From sequence record OQ718158.1: 64,000 nucleotides of DNA, one strand, 5' to 3'. The notes beneath the pieces are model-generated. The model was not told the DNA's origin. It saw only the letters and a program-made list of their open reading frames with translations, and ran no database searches. The position numbers were made by a program, and so were the translations under genes. The stretch's first letter is position 1, and each line of letters begins with the position of its first letter. Below are positions 18,715 through 28,689 of the stretch, in pieces.

Positions 18715-19822
18715 ATTTTATTTTAATGACGATGGTGAAAAAGTTTATTTCCACGAAGAACTTGGTATGCGTTTTGAATGGATGCACGCGGAAGACATTG
18801 AACAATTTTCTTGTGGAAAAACTGCCAAAGACCACGTTGATGACATAGAGGCATCATTCTATGATTTAGGAATAACTGATATCACAATTTTGGGTATTGG
18901 TGTGTCAAACGCAGCTGAATTTGGTATTTCTGGAAATTCACATGCTAAAATCGTCTTAAAAAAAGACGATATCATCTATAATAATTATAAAATAACTGCT
19001 TTTAAAACAAAGCTTAATAAGTTGTCAGAAGGTGATGGTATTAAGTTATCTTTTTCATACACAAATGATAATTATTACTATTACGTAACCAAACTTGCAA
19101 AATTACAATCTAAAAACTGTCATATACATCCAAATGAAATAATTGATAATGGAATTTCATCTAAAATAAAATTCACATATAGTGATGGTGTAACTGTACC
19201 TAGAAGAATAAATGATATATTGACAAAAACTAAAATTAATGTGAGTTATTTTGTAGATGATGATATTAGAGATGGGGTAGCTTTAAATCGATGTAGAGAA
19301 TTGAAATATCATTTTCAGTCTATTTACAAGCATGAGAATGGACGATACTTTGTAAAATATGAGTGTACTAGAGGTCATCAATGTGATCAAGACTATCATG
19401 CATTTACTGGTACAGCGAAGCAATCATGTGGTGTGTGTTCTAAACTTAAGACACACTCATATGGTCATAATGATACCATGAAATTTTTAAGGAATTTGCA
19501 TATTACAATAACGGAAAAAACTTTCAATGATTTGAAAGATAAAATGAAACTTCCATATGATTTTTATGTGAAAGATTTAAATGCGTTGATAGAATATGAC
19601 GGTAGTGATCATTTTAAAAATAAGTCATCTCGAAACAATTTTATTGATCGTCAGAAGAAAGATAAAATGAAAACGGAGTACGCAATCAACAATGGATATA
19701 ACTTCCTACGAATTGCATATTATGAAGGTCATCTTGAAGTACTGGAATCTTTCCTGAAACTCATCGAAGAGAACCCAGGAAAGCAAATCGTACAGATTTA
19801 TGGTGATGTGAAAATCATCTAA
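18707..19822 (+). CDS. putative homing endonuclease (Hef/Vsr-like PD-(D/E)xK C-terminal domain, Zn module)
   Basis: CTRGH...CGVC; LPYDFYV...LIEYDGxxHF...D-x-x-K...LRIxY. Confidence 0.75.
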   Translation: MYKFYFNDDGEKVYFHEELGMRFEWMHAEDIEQFSCGKTAKDHVDDIEASFYDLGITDITILGIGVSNAAEFGISGNSHAKIVLKKDDIIYNNYKITAFKTKLNKLSEGDGIKLSFSYTNDNYYYYVTKLAKLQSKNCHIHPNEIIDNGISSKIKFTYSDGVTVPRRINDILTKTKINVSYFVDDDIRDGVALNRCRELKYHFQSIYKHENGRYFVKYECTRGHQCDQDYHAFTGTAKQSCGVCSKLKTHSYGHNDTMKFLRNLHITITEKTFNDLKDKMKLPYDFYVKDLNALIEYDGSDHFKNKSSRNNFIDRQKKDKMKTEYAINNGYNFLRIAYYEGHLEVLESFLKLIEENPGKQIVQIYGDVKII

Positions 19823-19830
19823 AACAAAAA

Positions 19831-19863
19831 GGGTTGACTTCGGTCAGCCCTTTTTGCTATAAT
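19831..19863 (+). terminator. fused terminator/promoter cassette
   Basis: TTGACT 19834, TATAAT 19858. Confidence 0.85.
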
Positions 19864-19891
19864 CATTTCATCAACTGATGAGGATAACGAA

Positions 19892-20662
19892 ATGACCAGA
19901 GAAGCACGTAGCATTCAAATCCAGAAAAACTTCAACTCCATGATGGTTGCTCTTGAGTGTTTGCTCGACGATAACAGTACTGTAAAAAGTATGGTTGTCA
20001 GCGGTGCACCTGGTGTTGGTAAGACTTACACCCTGTCACAACGCCTCCAGAAAGCTCATGACGCAGCAGAATGGAACGTAGCTACTATCAGTGGTAAGAT
20101 GACTACTCTTGCTCTGTACGAAGTTCTGTACAAGAATCGTCACAGCACTAACGTATTAGTACTGGATGATATGGACAGCATCTTTGATTCAGAAGACGGT
20201 ATGAACCTGCTCAAAGCAGTACTGGACAGCGGTAAACGTACTGTGTCTTACATGACTAGCTCTAAGTACTTAACTACCAACGGTATCCCTAACAGCTTTG
20301 ATTTTAACGGTCGTATCGTATTCATTACTAACAAAGATTTAGCACTGAATGCTAAAGCTAAAACCAAAATGTCTGCTCACTATGCTGCTCTTATGTCTCG
20401 CTCTGTGTATGTTGACTTACAGATCCAGACTAAAAGCGATATCATGATTCACATTGAAAACGTAATGAACAAGACCAACATCCTGTCAACTAAAGGTGTT
20501 AATAGTAATGGTAGCAAAGCAATCCTGAATTGGATGCTGAAACATGAAGATGCACTTCGTGCCCCTTCACTGCGTATGCCTCTGTTGATTTCAGCAGTAT
20601 ACAACAACAACCCGTATGATTGGGAAGAGCAGTGCGAAAACTTGTTCCTTGAGAAAATTTAA
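19892..20662 (+). CDS. AAA+ ATPase
   Basis: Walker A GAPGVGKT, Walker B VLVLDDMD, FITN sensor, SRS Arg finger. Confidence 0.9.
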   Translation: MTREARSIQIQKNFNSMMVALECLLDDNSTVKSMVVSGAPGVGKTYTLSQRLQKAHDAAEWNVATISGKMTTLALYEVLYKNRHSTNVLVLDDMDSIFDSEDGMNLLKAVLDSGKRTVSYMTSSKYLTTNGIPNSFDFNGRIVFITNKDLALNAKAKTKMSAHYAALMSRSVYVDLQIQTKSDIMIHIENVMNKTNILSTKGVNSNGSKAILNWMLKHEDALRAPSLRMPLLISAVYNNNPYDWEEQCENLFLEKI

Positions 20663-20729
20663 TTACATGTATTGACAGCACTACACTATGGTAGTACTAT
20701 AACTTAATATTCACCACCGGAGATACGAT

Positions 20730-21068
20730 ATGCTTGAGTTTTTTAATTCAGATACAATGCTTAGTATTACTTTGATTTATCTGTTTGGTTTTTTCTTTTA
20801 TCATGCACTAGTTGTAGTACTATGGTATTTTAAAAAGAAAATTGTTTTCAAACTGTATCCTGATGGAAATATTTCACTACTTCTTTTCACTATTATCCAA
20901 GGTATGTTTGCAATTGTTGGTCTTATCGCACACTTAATTTATTGTGCTAATCCACAGTTGAACTCAATATCACAATATATTGTTTTCCTTGGATTACTAA
21001 TTTGGGTGCTGATATACTTGTTTAATCTCATCATTAATGGTAGAGCAAAAATTCGTGGGGACTTCTAA
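20730..21068 (+). CDS. 3-TM membrane paralog
   Basis: LWYFKKK; basic C-tail. Confidence 0.75.
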   Translation: MLEFFNSDTMLSITLIYLFGFFFYHALVVVLWYFKKKIVFKLYPDGNISLLLFTIIQGMFAIVGLIAHLIYCANPQLNSISQYIVFLGLLIWVLIYLFNLIINGRAKIRGDF

Positions 21069-21415
21069 TGTTTGAATCTTATCTTGAGTTTTTAAAGAGT
21101 AGTTCTGTTGCACATTCAATTGCAGGGATTATTCTAACAGGTTATGTAACATTTTGGGTAGTTATGTTTCTAGGATGGTATTTTAAACGACAATTCTATA
21201 AGCGTAATGGTGAAGATTTTATGAATTCTTTCATTAATCAATCGTTGTTTGCATCAACATTGATAGCATGTATTGTAGCAACACTCACAGGAAAGGTACT
21301 GCCAGCATTCTCCGCAGTTTACGGTACATTGGGTATGATATGTGTAGTTTTTTACTTGACCATTAAACTTTGTTGTGTTATGATTGAACTTCGAAACAAG
21401 ATACCGGAGGAATGA
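21068..21415 (+). CDS. 3-TM membrane paralog
   Basis: GWYFKRQ...LRNKIPEE. Confidence 0.75.
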   Translation: MFESYLEFLKSSSVAHSIAGIILTGYVTFWVVMFLGWYFKRQFYKRNGEDFMNSFINQSLFASTLIACIVATLTGKVLPAFSAVYGTLGMICVVFYLTIKLCCVMIELRNKIPEE

Positions 21416-21750
21416 TGGAATATTTTTTACACTTACTGCCGTGGTATATGAAAGTTAGTACTATGTACTATATTCTTAGTGCTGGATTCTACTTTCTGAT
21501 GTGGTTCTTCAAACGACCAATTTCAGTATTCATCTCTGATAACATGCTGCAATTAAAATTACACGCATGGTTTTTTATGGCGATGTTTATGCCTATTATT
21601 CACTACTCAATGATTAGTAGAGGTTTACGTTCTAATGGTGAACCAATTATATTAGTATTCTATTGGGGTTCAACTATTGCATATGTAAGTTTGTTGTTGA
21701 TCCCAGCCGTTCATAAATTGCGTTCTAAAGTTCCTGATGCGAGGTACTAA
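21412..21750 (+). CDS. 3-TM membrane paralog
   Basis: MWFFKRP...LRSKVPD. Confidence 0.75.
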   Translation: MMEYFLHLLPWYMKVSTMYYILSAGFYFLMWFFKRPISVFISDNMLQLKLHAWFFMAMFMPIIHYSMISRGLRSNGEPIILVFYWGSTIAYVSLLLIPAVHKLRSKVPDARY

Positions 21751-22064
21751 TGGATATCGTAACATTGATTTACACGTTGTATTCATTCTATTTTATTATG
21801 TGTTGGGTTGGATTTTTATTTGTACTGAAAATGTTTGATTATGTTGAAAAACAGATAAAAGAATTTTGTATTCCTTTTATTGGGTCAACCATAATTAGTA
21901 TTACTTGTTTGTATTATTTGGTATGTGATCCACCTGTTAATACAGCAATGATTGACTTCATGTTATTACCAACAACTGTTATTTTTTTATGTAGTCTGAT
22001 GCCACCGATTAGTCGTGGGCTAACCGAATTTAGACGCAATCAAAAGCGTAAACGAGGGATGTGA
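21750..22064 (+). CDS. 3-TM membrane paralog
   Basis: Three hydrophobic segments, basic tail. Confidence 0.7.
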   Translation: MDIVTLIYTLYSFYFIMCWVGFLFVLKMFDYVEKQIKEFCIPFIGSTIISITCLYYLVCDPPVNTAMIDFMLLPTTVIFLCSLMPPISRGLTEFRRNQKRKRGM

Positions 22065-22432
22065 TGGAAATTGCACTTATTATATTAACTGCTATGTTGT
22101 TTATTAGTACAATTGTTATTATTGGCAAGTTCTTCTGTGTATCCTTCTTGGAAACCGTATACGATGAAATTGCTGATGATTATGAATTACATGCGGGATT
22201 TTTTACTACGTATTGGATTAGTTTATTACTACTTATCACTGTATGGATTTTACATATATTCAAATGGGGTATGGTAGATGGTGATCCAGTACTGGCAATT
22301 ATCTGTGTAGTGTTTGGTCTACTCGGTGGTGCTGTCCATAATCTGATGGTAATTTGGCAAACCGTACAATATGTATTAGTTCCACATTTTCAGAGAATGC
22401 ACCAAAGCATCAAATACCGCAAACGAGGATAA
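22061..22432 (+). CDS. 3-TM membrane paralog
   Basis: IGKFFC; basic tail. Confidence 0.7.
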   Translation: MMEIALIILTAMLFISTIVIIGKFFCVSFLETVYDEIADDYELHAGFFTTYWISLLLLITVWILHIFKWGMVDGDPVLAIICVVFGLLGGAVHNLMVIWQTVQYVLVPHFQRMHQSIKYRKRG

Positions 22433-22433
22433 C

Positions 22434-22796
22434 ATGAATAATATTGAATTATCTTTTATTGGTCAATTAATGGTAATGGCGTATACATTTATCTTCTCAC
22501 TGAATGCATTCGTGTGCATTGGGAAGTACTTCCATAAGCGACCATTATCAAATATATATGATGTAATACAAAGGAGATATAGTCCAGCATATACTGTGTT
22601 GAGTACAGCATTCAATTTTGGTTTTATTCTAATGCTGGTTGCATTATTAACATCGAGTTCGAATTTTATAACATTTGGTATTATGGTATGTTCACTAACA
22701 CTGTGTGTGGTTATTCTCTGTGCATCAGTTGAGTTGATGGCGTGGATGTATAATAAGATTTCCGAAATCCATGAGCGTTTAGGTAAGAGGAACTAA
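22434..22796 (+). CDS. 3-TM membrane paralog
   Basis: IGKYFHKRP; basic tail. Confidence 0.7.
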   Translation: MNNIELSFIGQLMVMAYTFIFSLNAFVCIGKYFHKRPLSNIYDVIQRRYSPAYTVLSTAFNFGFILMLVALLTSSSNFITFGIMVCSLTLCVVILCASVELMAWMYNKISEIHERLGKRN

Positions 22797-22797
22797 A

Positions 22798-23169
22798 ATG
22801 AGTTATCGTGAAATATTTTCGATCATTACTATTATTGTGTTTAGTTTAGGTTCTTTGATTTGGTTATTGTATTACTTCTGTGTAACCCCAGTATATAATA
22901 TGCTAAATTCAGTACGCTCTGATGTTGGTATTGTTTCTTTTATTATCTTCATGGCATATTATATGCTAAGTATCACAGGTTTGGTTTTGGTTGTTATCTT
23001 TGACCTTGGACCGAATCAAGATGGTATGGAGGTGTGGGAATTGATAACGATGTTTGCATGTATGATACCTGCATTTGGTGTATGTGCTGGTGTATTTTAT
23101 GGGTTATGTAAAGGTGTGAACTACTTAAAAAATATCCACAATACTATTCGTAAAAAACGTATGTTATAA
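22798..23169 (+). CDS. 3-TM membrane paralog
   Basis: LYYFC; basic tail. Confidence 0.7.
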   Translation: MSYREIFSIITIIVFSLGSLIWLLYYFCVTPVYNMLNSVRSDVGIVSFIIFMAYYMLSITGLVLVVIFDLGPNQDGMEVWELITMFACMIPAFGVCAGVFYGLCKGVNYLKNIHNTIRKKRML

Positions 23170-23207
23170 TAAAAAATCCAGTACTATAATAGTACTGGAT
23201 TAATTTT
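23170..23207. terminator. bidirectional terminator between convergent blocks
   Basis: A-tract TCCAGTACT-ATAAT-AGTACTGGA T-rich. Confidence 0.75.
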
Positions 23208-24330
23208 AATTATCTAAGCCACCAATTACACTGAACTGTGTGGTAACGTCTGAACTATTATCTATGTAAGTTCTTCGACCAACATAATATAGTTGTCCTT
23301 TTGCTTGAATAAAAGTTACGGTCCCTGTATTGAATGTTATAATATCATTGTATGTAATGTCAGGTGGTAGTGCTGCTGATAATGCAGTAACAGCACTTAA
23401 TGCAGCACTAGCACTACCATTTATACCAGCAGCAATACTACCAGTACCATAGAACTTATTATCTTTACCAATGAATACGTTGGCTGATGCTTGTGTAGCT
23501 GATGTTATTGCCTTACCAATTTGGAATGCGGTTCCTATGGTGTATGGTGTGCTCCTGGCTGCGTCTATGCTTTGTGTATATCCATCCCCTAGCTGACCAT
23601 TAACTTTGTCACCACATGAGTATAGAGTACCATTGAGGCTGTATATGATCCCACGGTTAGAGAAGCTAACAGCTTCTGCATTAGTCCATACTGGTGCGGT
23701 GTATGAGTTTACACGACTAGCGGTAGTTCCTAGACCTAGTATACCATATGTGTTATCACCACATCCAAACCATTGTCCAGAACTGTTTTGATAGAACACT
23801 GAACGTTCTGTTGATTCCATGCGTACAGCATCCACAGCACCACTTTTAACGAACGAAGTGGATGAGGATGTAGTACCAGTACCCAATGCACCATAAGTGT
23901 TTGTACCAATCGCATAGATTGATCCTAGTGGTGTCATAACACGTATGCAGTTATATCCCAATTGAACTTTACATTCAAATAGGTTGTCCCATATTTCAGG
24001 AACAGCAGAAAATAAATTTGTAATTTCGAACCATGATGTTGTCGAACCAGTTAATCCTATACTGCTTTTGTTTCCTAAAATGAAAACAGTTTTGTCCTTC
24101 TTAATTATCCATGATGATAGAAAGCCTATCTCACAGCTATGAACATTTGATTCGATTTGGGTAATATAATACTTAACGGTGTTATCACCCATAAATGCCG
24201 CAGCACCAGATGCAAAAAGGTTTCCAGTTTGTTTATTTAAAATGTAGTTATTGTTTCCATATACACTAACATCATAAGAACTTTCTTGTTTTTCGTTCCC
24301 ATAATCAAATAACAATACGAAAGGTAACAT
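23206..24330 (-). CDS. RCC1/BLIP-II-like beta-propeller, MLPF-leader family
   Basis: Leader MLPFVLLFDYGN; G.N.YG.LG.G repeats. Confidence 0.85.
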   Translation of the reverse strand: MLPFVLLFDYGNEKQESSYDVSVYGNNNYILNKQTGNLFASGAAAFMGDNTVKYYITQIESNVHSCEIGFLSSWIIKKDKTVFILGNKSSIGLTGSTTSWFEITNLFSAVPEIWDNLFECKVQLGYNCIRVMTPLGSIYAIGTNTYGALGTGTTSSSTSFVKSGAVDAVRMESTERSVFYQNSSGQWFGCGDNTYGILGLGTTASRVNSYTAPVWTNAEAVSFSNRGIIYSLNGTLYSCGDKVNGQLGDGYTQSIDAARSTPYTIGTAFQIGKAITSATQASANVFIGKDNKFYGTGSIAAGINGSASAALSAVTALSAALPPDITYNDIITFNTGTVTFIQAKGQLYYVGRRTYIDNSSDVTTQFSVIGGLDN

Positions 24331-24407
24331 GATAAAATCTCCTTGTGTTATACTTTATTTAATCATTTTATAATGTACAATTTTACAGCGATTTAATTGA
24401 GGTACTC

Positions 24408-25058
24408 ATGAATAAAAGAAGTAAGTTCTATCAAGAATATTTCACTAAACAGAAACGATTCACAAAAAAATACTTTACATCATCCCACCGACCAGTTGCA
24501 AGTTACAAACGTCCTAATACTAACTATCTTACTGGTGGCAAGTTTAGTGCAAAGTTCGAATTACTTATGCGTGAAAAGAATATCAAGATGCATTACGCAG
24601 AGACAAGAAAAAACTCATCAATTATTTGTTCTGATTTTCTTGAGTACGGTTGCTTAACTTATAAATTCAATGATGTATATTTGTATATTGATGTTGATTG
24701 TAACAGTACTCGTATGTTTGAGATTTCAATTCACCCAAATCACAACCGTTATATAAACATTAACTTGGTTGATAAAGTACTGATTGGTATATCTAGTACT
24801 GATGGTGGTGGATTTGAATTTATTGCTTCAAAATATGATGAAGATTTCGTACTTTACCCAGTACTTGATGATGTGAAAGATATTCTCAATTCATTAAAAG
24901 GAAGTCAATACAAATTATCTGAAGAACAGCTATTTCAGTACTCACTTATTCATGATGATATCGAGATATACTTAGAGTGTGCGAGAATCTTGGAGTATCT
25001 TTATAATGAACTAACAACAACTGGTAAAGTGACAGCATTCACATTATATAATATGTAA
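24408..25058 (+). CDS. basic N-tail protein, EE-x-FQ-x-S family
   Basis: LSEEQLFQYSLIH; opposite strand inside propeller array. Confidence 0.8.
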   Translation: MNKRSKFYQEYFTKQKRFTKKYFTSSHRPVASYKRPNTNYLTGGKFSAKFELLMREKNIKMHYAETRKNSSIICSDFLEYGCLTYKFNDVYLYIDVDCNSTRMFEISIHPNHNRYININLVDKVLIGISSTDGGGFEFIASKYDEDFVLYPVLDDVKDILNSLKGSQYKLSEEQLFQYSLIHDDIEIYLECARILEYLYNELTTTGKVTAFTLYNM

Positions 25059-25091
25059 AAGAAAAAGCCAGTACATAGTACTGGCTTTATA

Positions 25092-26225
25092 TTAAACTGG
25101 TGGAGAATTATATGGCTCAAATTTATAAGTTGTCGTAGCAGTACCAGCAATGGCGTTGTTAGCTAGTATGTACATAGTCCTATAGTCGATTACTACCACA
25201 GTAATACTACCACCAAAAGCATAGTCTGTTATGTTATTAGTGTTGAATGGTAAATTAGATGAACTGGTCCATGTATTAGCTGTTGTGCTATTTGTACCAT
25301 TGGAATAGCCGACACTAGATGCACCAGTTGTCCATAAGTTTCCATCATTGAACAACGATACATGGTTAGCTGTATATGATTTATTAGGTATAGAACTATC
25401 AATTGGCGTATTCCAAACTTTAGTAACCCATGTTGTGACGGCTGTATTATTAGTAACACCATTACCTAACGAACCATTTATTGGTATACCTCTTATATAA
25501 GAAGTGTTAGTACTAGGGTCAACATATCCAAATGTATATGTATCAAATGCAAATTGAAAACAATCAGAACTCGGTAATGTGTACAGTAATGTATATGAAG
25601 ACGTGATTATTGATGAATTTGTACCGTTCACGCCTTGGTATAAAATACCACTACCCAATATTTGATTATTATTTTTTGTTATAGCAGTCATAGATGGATA
25701 TGTTTTTACTTCACGCACATCATTAGTTACATATGTTTGTGTTGATAATGCAACATTACTACCATTACCAATAACACCTGTATTTGCACCGCTTCCATAA
25801 AGTGAACCATCATTCAAAAGTACCATTGTGGCATTACTATTTCCAGTAATTGTTTTAATATTACTAACATCCACCGCAGCAAATACAGTTGATGTTAAAT
25901 CAGTGAAACGTGTATAATGTGATGTTGTGCCATTGATTGGTGTCGCAAAACCAGAATACAAAATTCTATTTTCTTTGGTAATAAGGAATGTTCCAGTAAC
26001 ACCGTTTGAATGGATATCAATAATATTATCGCCCATTAATACCCAATCACTTACGAATGTTGTACCAGCACCCAACCCATATGTCGTATTGTATCCACGT
26101 CCATACACTCTACCATCACTGAGTAATGTTACCACACATTGACCACCACCACCAAGGATAACTTTTTGGATAGTACTCTTTACTTTTATATTCCCGTACT
26201 TAACCATTCTTGCAAAAGGTAACAT
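25092..26225 (-). CDS. RCC1-like beta-propeller, MLPF leader
   Basis: MLPFARMVKYGN; DGRVYGRGYN..YGLG. Confidence 0.85.
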   Translation of the reverse strand: MLPFARMVKYGNIKVKSTIQKVILGGGGQCVVTLLSDGRVYGRGYNTTYGLGAGTTFVSDWVLMGDNIIDIHSNGVTGTFLITKENRILYSGFATPINGTTSHYTRFTDLTSTVFAAVDVSNIKTITGNSNATMVLLNDGSLYGSGANTGVIGNGSNVALSTQTYVTNDVREVKTYPSMTAITKNNNQILGSGILYQGVNGTNSSIITSSYTLLYTLPSSDCFQFAFDTYTFGYVDPSTNTSYIRGIPINGSLGNGVTNNTAVTTWVTKVWNTPIDSSIPNKSYTANHVSLFNDGNLWTTGASSVGYSNGTNSTTANTWTSSSNLPFNTNNITDYAFGGSITVVVIDYRTMYILANNAIAGTATTTYKFEPYNSPPV

Positions 26226-26295
26226 AATTCCCTCCTTTATTCTTTATACTATATTTAATCAAAAAGAAAAGCCAGTACTCTGTACTGGCATTATT

Positions 26296-27456
26296 TTAAA
26301 TTGGTGAATCTTCAACAAATATAGTACTAGCAGTACCACCAGATACTAGGTTAGTACCACTTGAATATATTTTGTTTCCATCTGTCATATATGTTTTACC
26401 ATAGCAACTTTGGATTTTAACATCTTTGAAATTCAAATCAGGAGTAATAGATTTAGTGTAAGTTAATACGTTAGTAGTTGAACCTGTACTTAATTGTCCA
26501 TAGTATGAAGTCGCTGAGTTATTACCAGCAACGTATACACCTGTGTCAGTAATAACAAAGTTAGAGTAATATCCGTACCCATATCCTATATCTAATATAT
26601 TTCCTTGTGGTTGATTTGCCACAACAGTTGTCAATATGTTGGTTGATGCTGCTGTATTAGTAGCAGCCTGTCCATATGATTGGTCACCACCAGTATACAC
26701 AGTAACAACAGACGTACTATTGTTTCTAGCAATACCTTGAACCATACCATTAACAGTACTTATAAATGCTATAGTACTAACAGTTGCTGGTAATCTATCT
26801 GATAATGCGAATACATTATAAAAACTCACGGTTGAAGTACTGTTAGTATCACCCTTAACTTCACCTGTGTAATATAGTCTACCACTTTCGGCAATAAACG
26901 AACACATGTTTATACCTGCAATAATCCTTTTCGGAACCGCACCACTTGGTATAATTGATTGTACTAAAGTAGAGAAACTGTTAGAATAAGAAGCATTCCC
27001 AAGCTGCCCTCCTGTGTTATAACCACCACTCCAAATTGTCCCATTACTCATAAGTATTGAAATGAAGTTATTCCCTAGTGATATTTCTGAAATTGTTCCT
27101 TGGGAATTAACTTGATTAATAACAGTTTGCATAGAAGTCCATGCATTAACAGATGATGTACCCATACACACATTGTATTGTCGCCCTGTGTATTGATATG
27201 TACCATCTGATTTGTGAATCATTGTAGCATACTGACCACACCATACATCAATGACATCCGATGCAGTTACTGTCCATGATGTTCTGGTTGTATTGTCTCC
27301 TAAACCCAACTGACCACTTGAATTGGAACCACGGGTATATAATTTACCATTACTACCCAATACCATAACCCAGTTATACCCTGCAACTAATTTTTTAATG
27401 GCAGCAGGGGATGGTGCAATGTTCCCGTAATCAAACAATCTTACAAAAGGTAACAT
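26296..27456 (-). CDS. RCC1-like beta-propeller, MLPF leader
   Basis: Start moved to 27456; GKLYTRGSNSSGQLGLG. Confidence 0.9.
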   Translation of the reverse strand: MLPFVRLFDYGNIAPSPAAIKKLVAGYNWVMVLGSNGKLYTRGSNSSGQLGLGDNTTRTSWTVTASDVIDVWCGQYATMIHKSDGTYQYTGRQYNVCMGTSSVNAWTSMQTVINQVNSQGTISEISLGNNFISILMSNGTIWSGGYNTGGQLGNASYSNSFSTLVQSIIPSGAVPKRIIAGINMCSFIAESGRLYYTGEVKGDTNSTSTVSFYNVFALSDRLPATVSTIAFISTVNGMVQGIARNNSTSVVTVYTGGDQSYGQAATNTAASTNILTTVVANQPQGNILDIGYGYGYYSNFVITDTGVYVAGNNSATSYYGQLSTGSTTNVLTYTKSITPDLNFKDVKIQSCYGKTYMTDGNKIYSSGTNLVSGGTASTIFVEDSPI

Positions 27457-27469
27457 TTTTTTCTCCTTA

Positions 27470-28618
27470 TTATATTGATGGCATATCCAACACATATGAG
27501 TTGCTAGTAATTGATGAATATGTAGAATTTAAACCTGTACTATAAACATAATCACCTGCCCATAAGAATGTTCTATCCAATGTTGTATGTATTTCAATAT
27601 CATCATATGATGATAATGATATTTGTGCTAGTGTATATGTAGTAGCATCAATGTTTGAACCAATACCCAAAGTACCATTGTATTGTGATTGGGAGTTTTG
27701 ACCAGTTGCATATATACCAGATTTGGTTATTAAATGCTGATTGTACATTGACGTACCTTTAAACAATTTAATTAAATTAGAGTTAGGTGTAGTTATTGGT
27801 GCAGGAGCAAGTATTGTTGTTGTAGTGCCACCATCACCTAATTGTCCATATCGTTGGTAACCACCAGCGTATACCTGTTTAACTCCAGCCGTAGTTTCAA
27901 TAATAAAGAATGAACCATAGCCAGTAGTATTAAAGTCTATAATTTTATTTGTACTCAAACCAACATTATATCTAGTAAATGTTGTTGCATTTGCTGAACC
28001 ACCAGCATTCCCACCTACCATTTGCCCACTATAATAAAATGCTCCAGTACTGTCAGTATAAGCCATACAGTTCTCACTACCATAGATTTTTACTGGTGTA
28101 CTGGGGAAACTAGAGGTTATATTCACACATGTATTATATTTTGCAGTAGTTCCAGTAATTTCACCATTGTTGTTTTGCCCAATTACCCAAACTGTGTCAT
28201 CCGAACGTATAGCCATTGAGCTATAAAACGAGGATACAAATTGTTTAATAAAGGAACCAGGGAGAGAAGTAAGCATACTATTGATTTGTGCACTCACATT
28301 GGTCCATGTATTCACAACTGAATTGACACCTGCGGCTGCACCTGAACCAGAACTCCACCATGATTCATCATTCTTTTTAATCAATGTACCATTAGCAGAG
28401 CAATAAACATCAGCAACTGAACTATTAACTAATATCCATGCCCTCGCTGCTGTTGTATTACCAGTACCTAGCTGTCCTGCTGCATTACTACCCTTAGCAT
28501 ATAAATCTCCATTCTGCGTTAAAAGCATAGCATGTTGGTATCCAGTTGACAATTTCTTTATTTTTGGTAATGCTGGTGCTTCATTTCCATAATCAAACAT
28601 TCTAACAAAAGGTAACAT
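27470..28618 (-). CDS. RCC1-like beta-propeller, MLPF leader
   Basis: GDLYAKGSNAAGQLGTG. Confidence 0.9.
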   Translation of the reverse strand: MLPFVRMFDYGNEAPALPKIKKLSTGYQHAMLLTQNGDLYAKGSNAAGQLGTGNTTAARAWILVNSSVADVYCSANGTLIKKNDESWWSSGSGAAAGVNSVVNTWTNVSAQINSMLTSLPGSFIKQFVSSFYSSMAIRSDDTVWVIGQNNNGEITGTTAKYNTCVNITSSFPSTPVKIYGSENCMAYTDSTGAFYYSGQMVGGNAGGSANATTFTRYNVGLSTNKIIDFNTTGYGSFFIIETTAGVKQVYAGGYQRYGQLGDGGTTTTILAPAPITTPNSNLIKLFKGTSMYNQHLITKSGIYATGQNSQSQYNGTLGIGSNIDATTYTLAQISLSSYDDIEIHTTLDRTFLWAGDYVYSTGLNSTYSSITSNSYVLDMPSI

Positions 28619-28689
28619 AATTCCCTCCTTTATTCATTATACTATATTTAATCAAAAAGAAAAGCCAGTACTCAAGTACTGGCATTATC

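Noticed and set aside
26296-27495. Longer starts for 26296 (MCWICH...) and 40780 (MYSFYS...)
   Set aside because: Family leader MLPF with GGAG RBS defines starts at 27456 and 41685.
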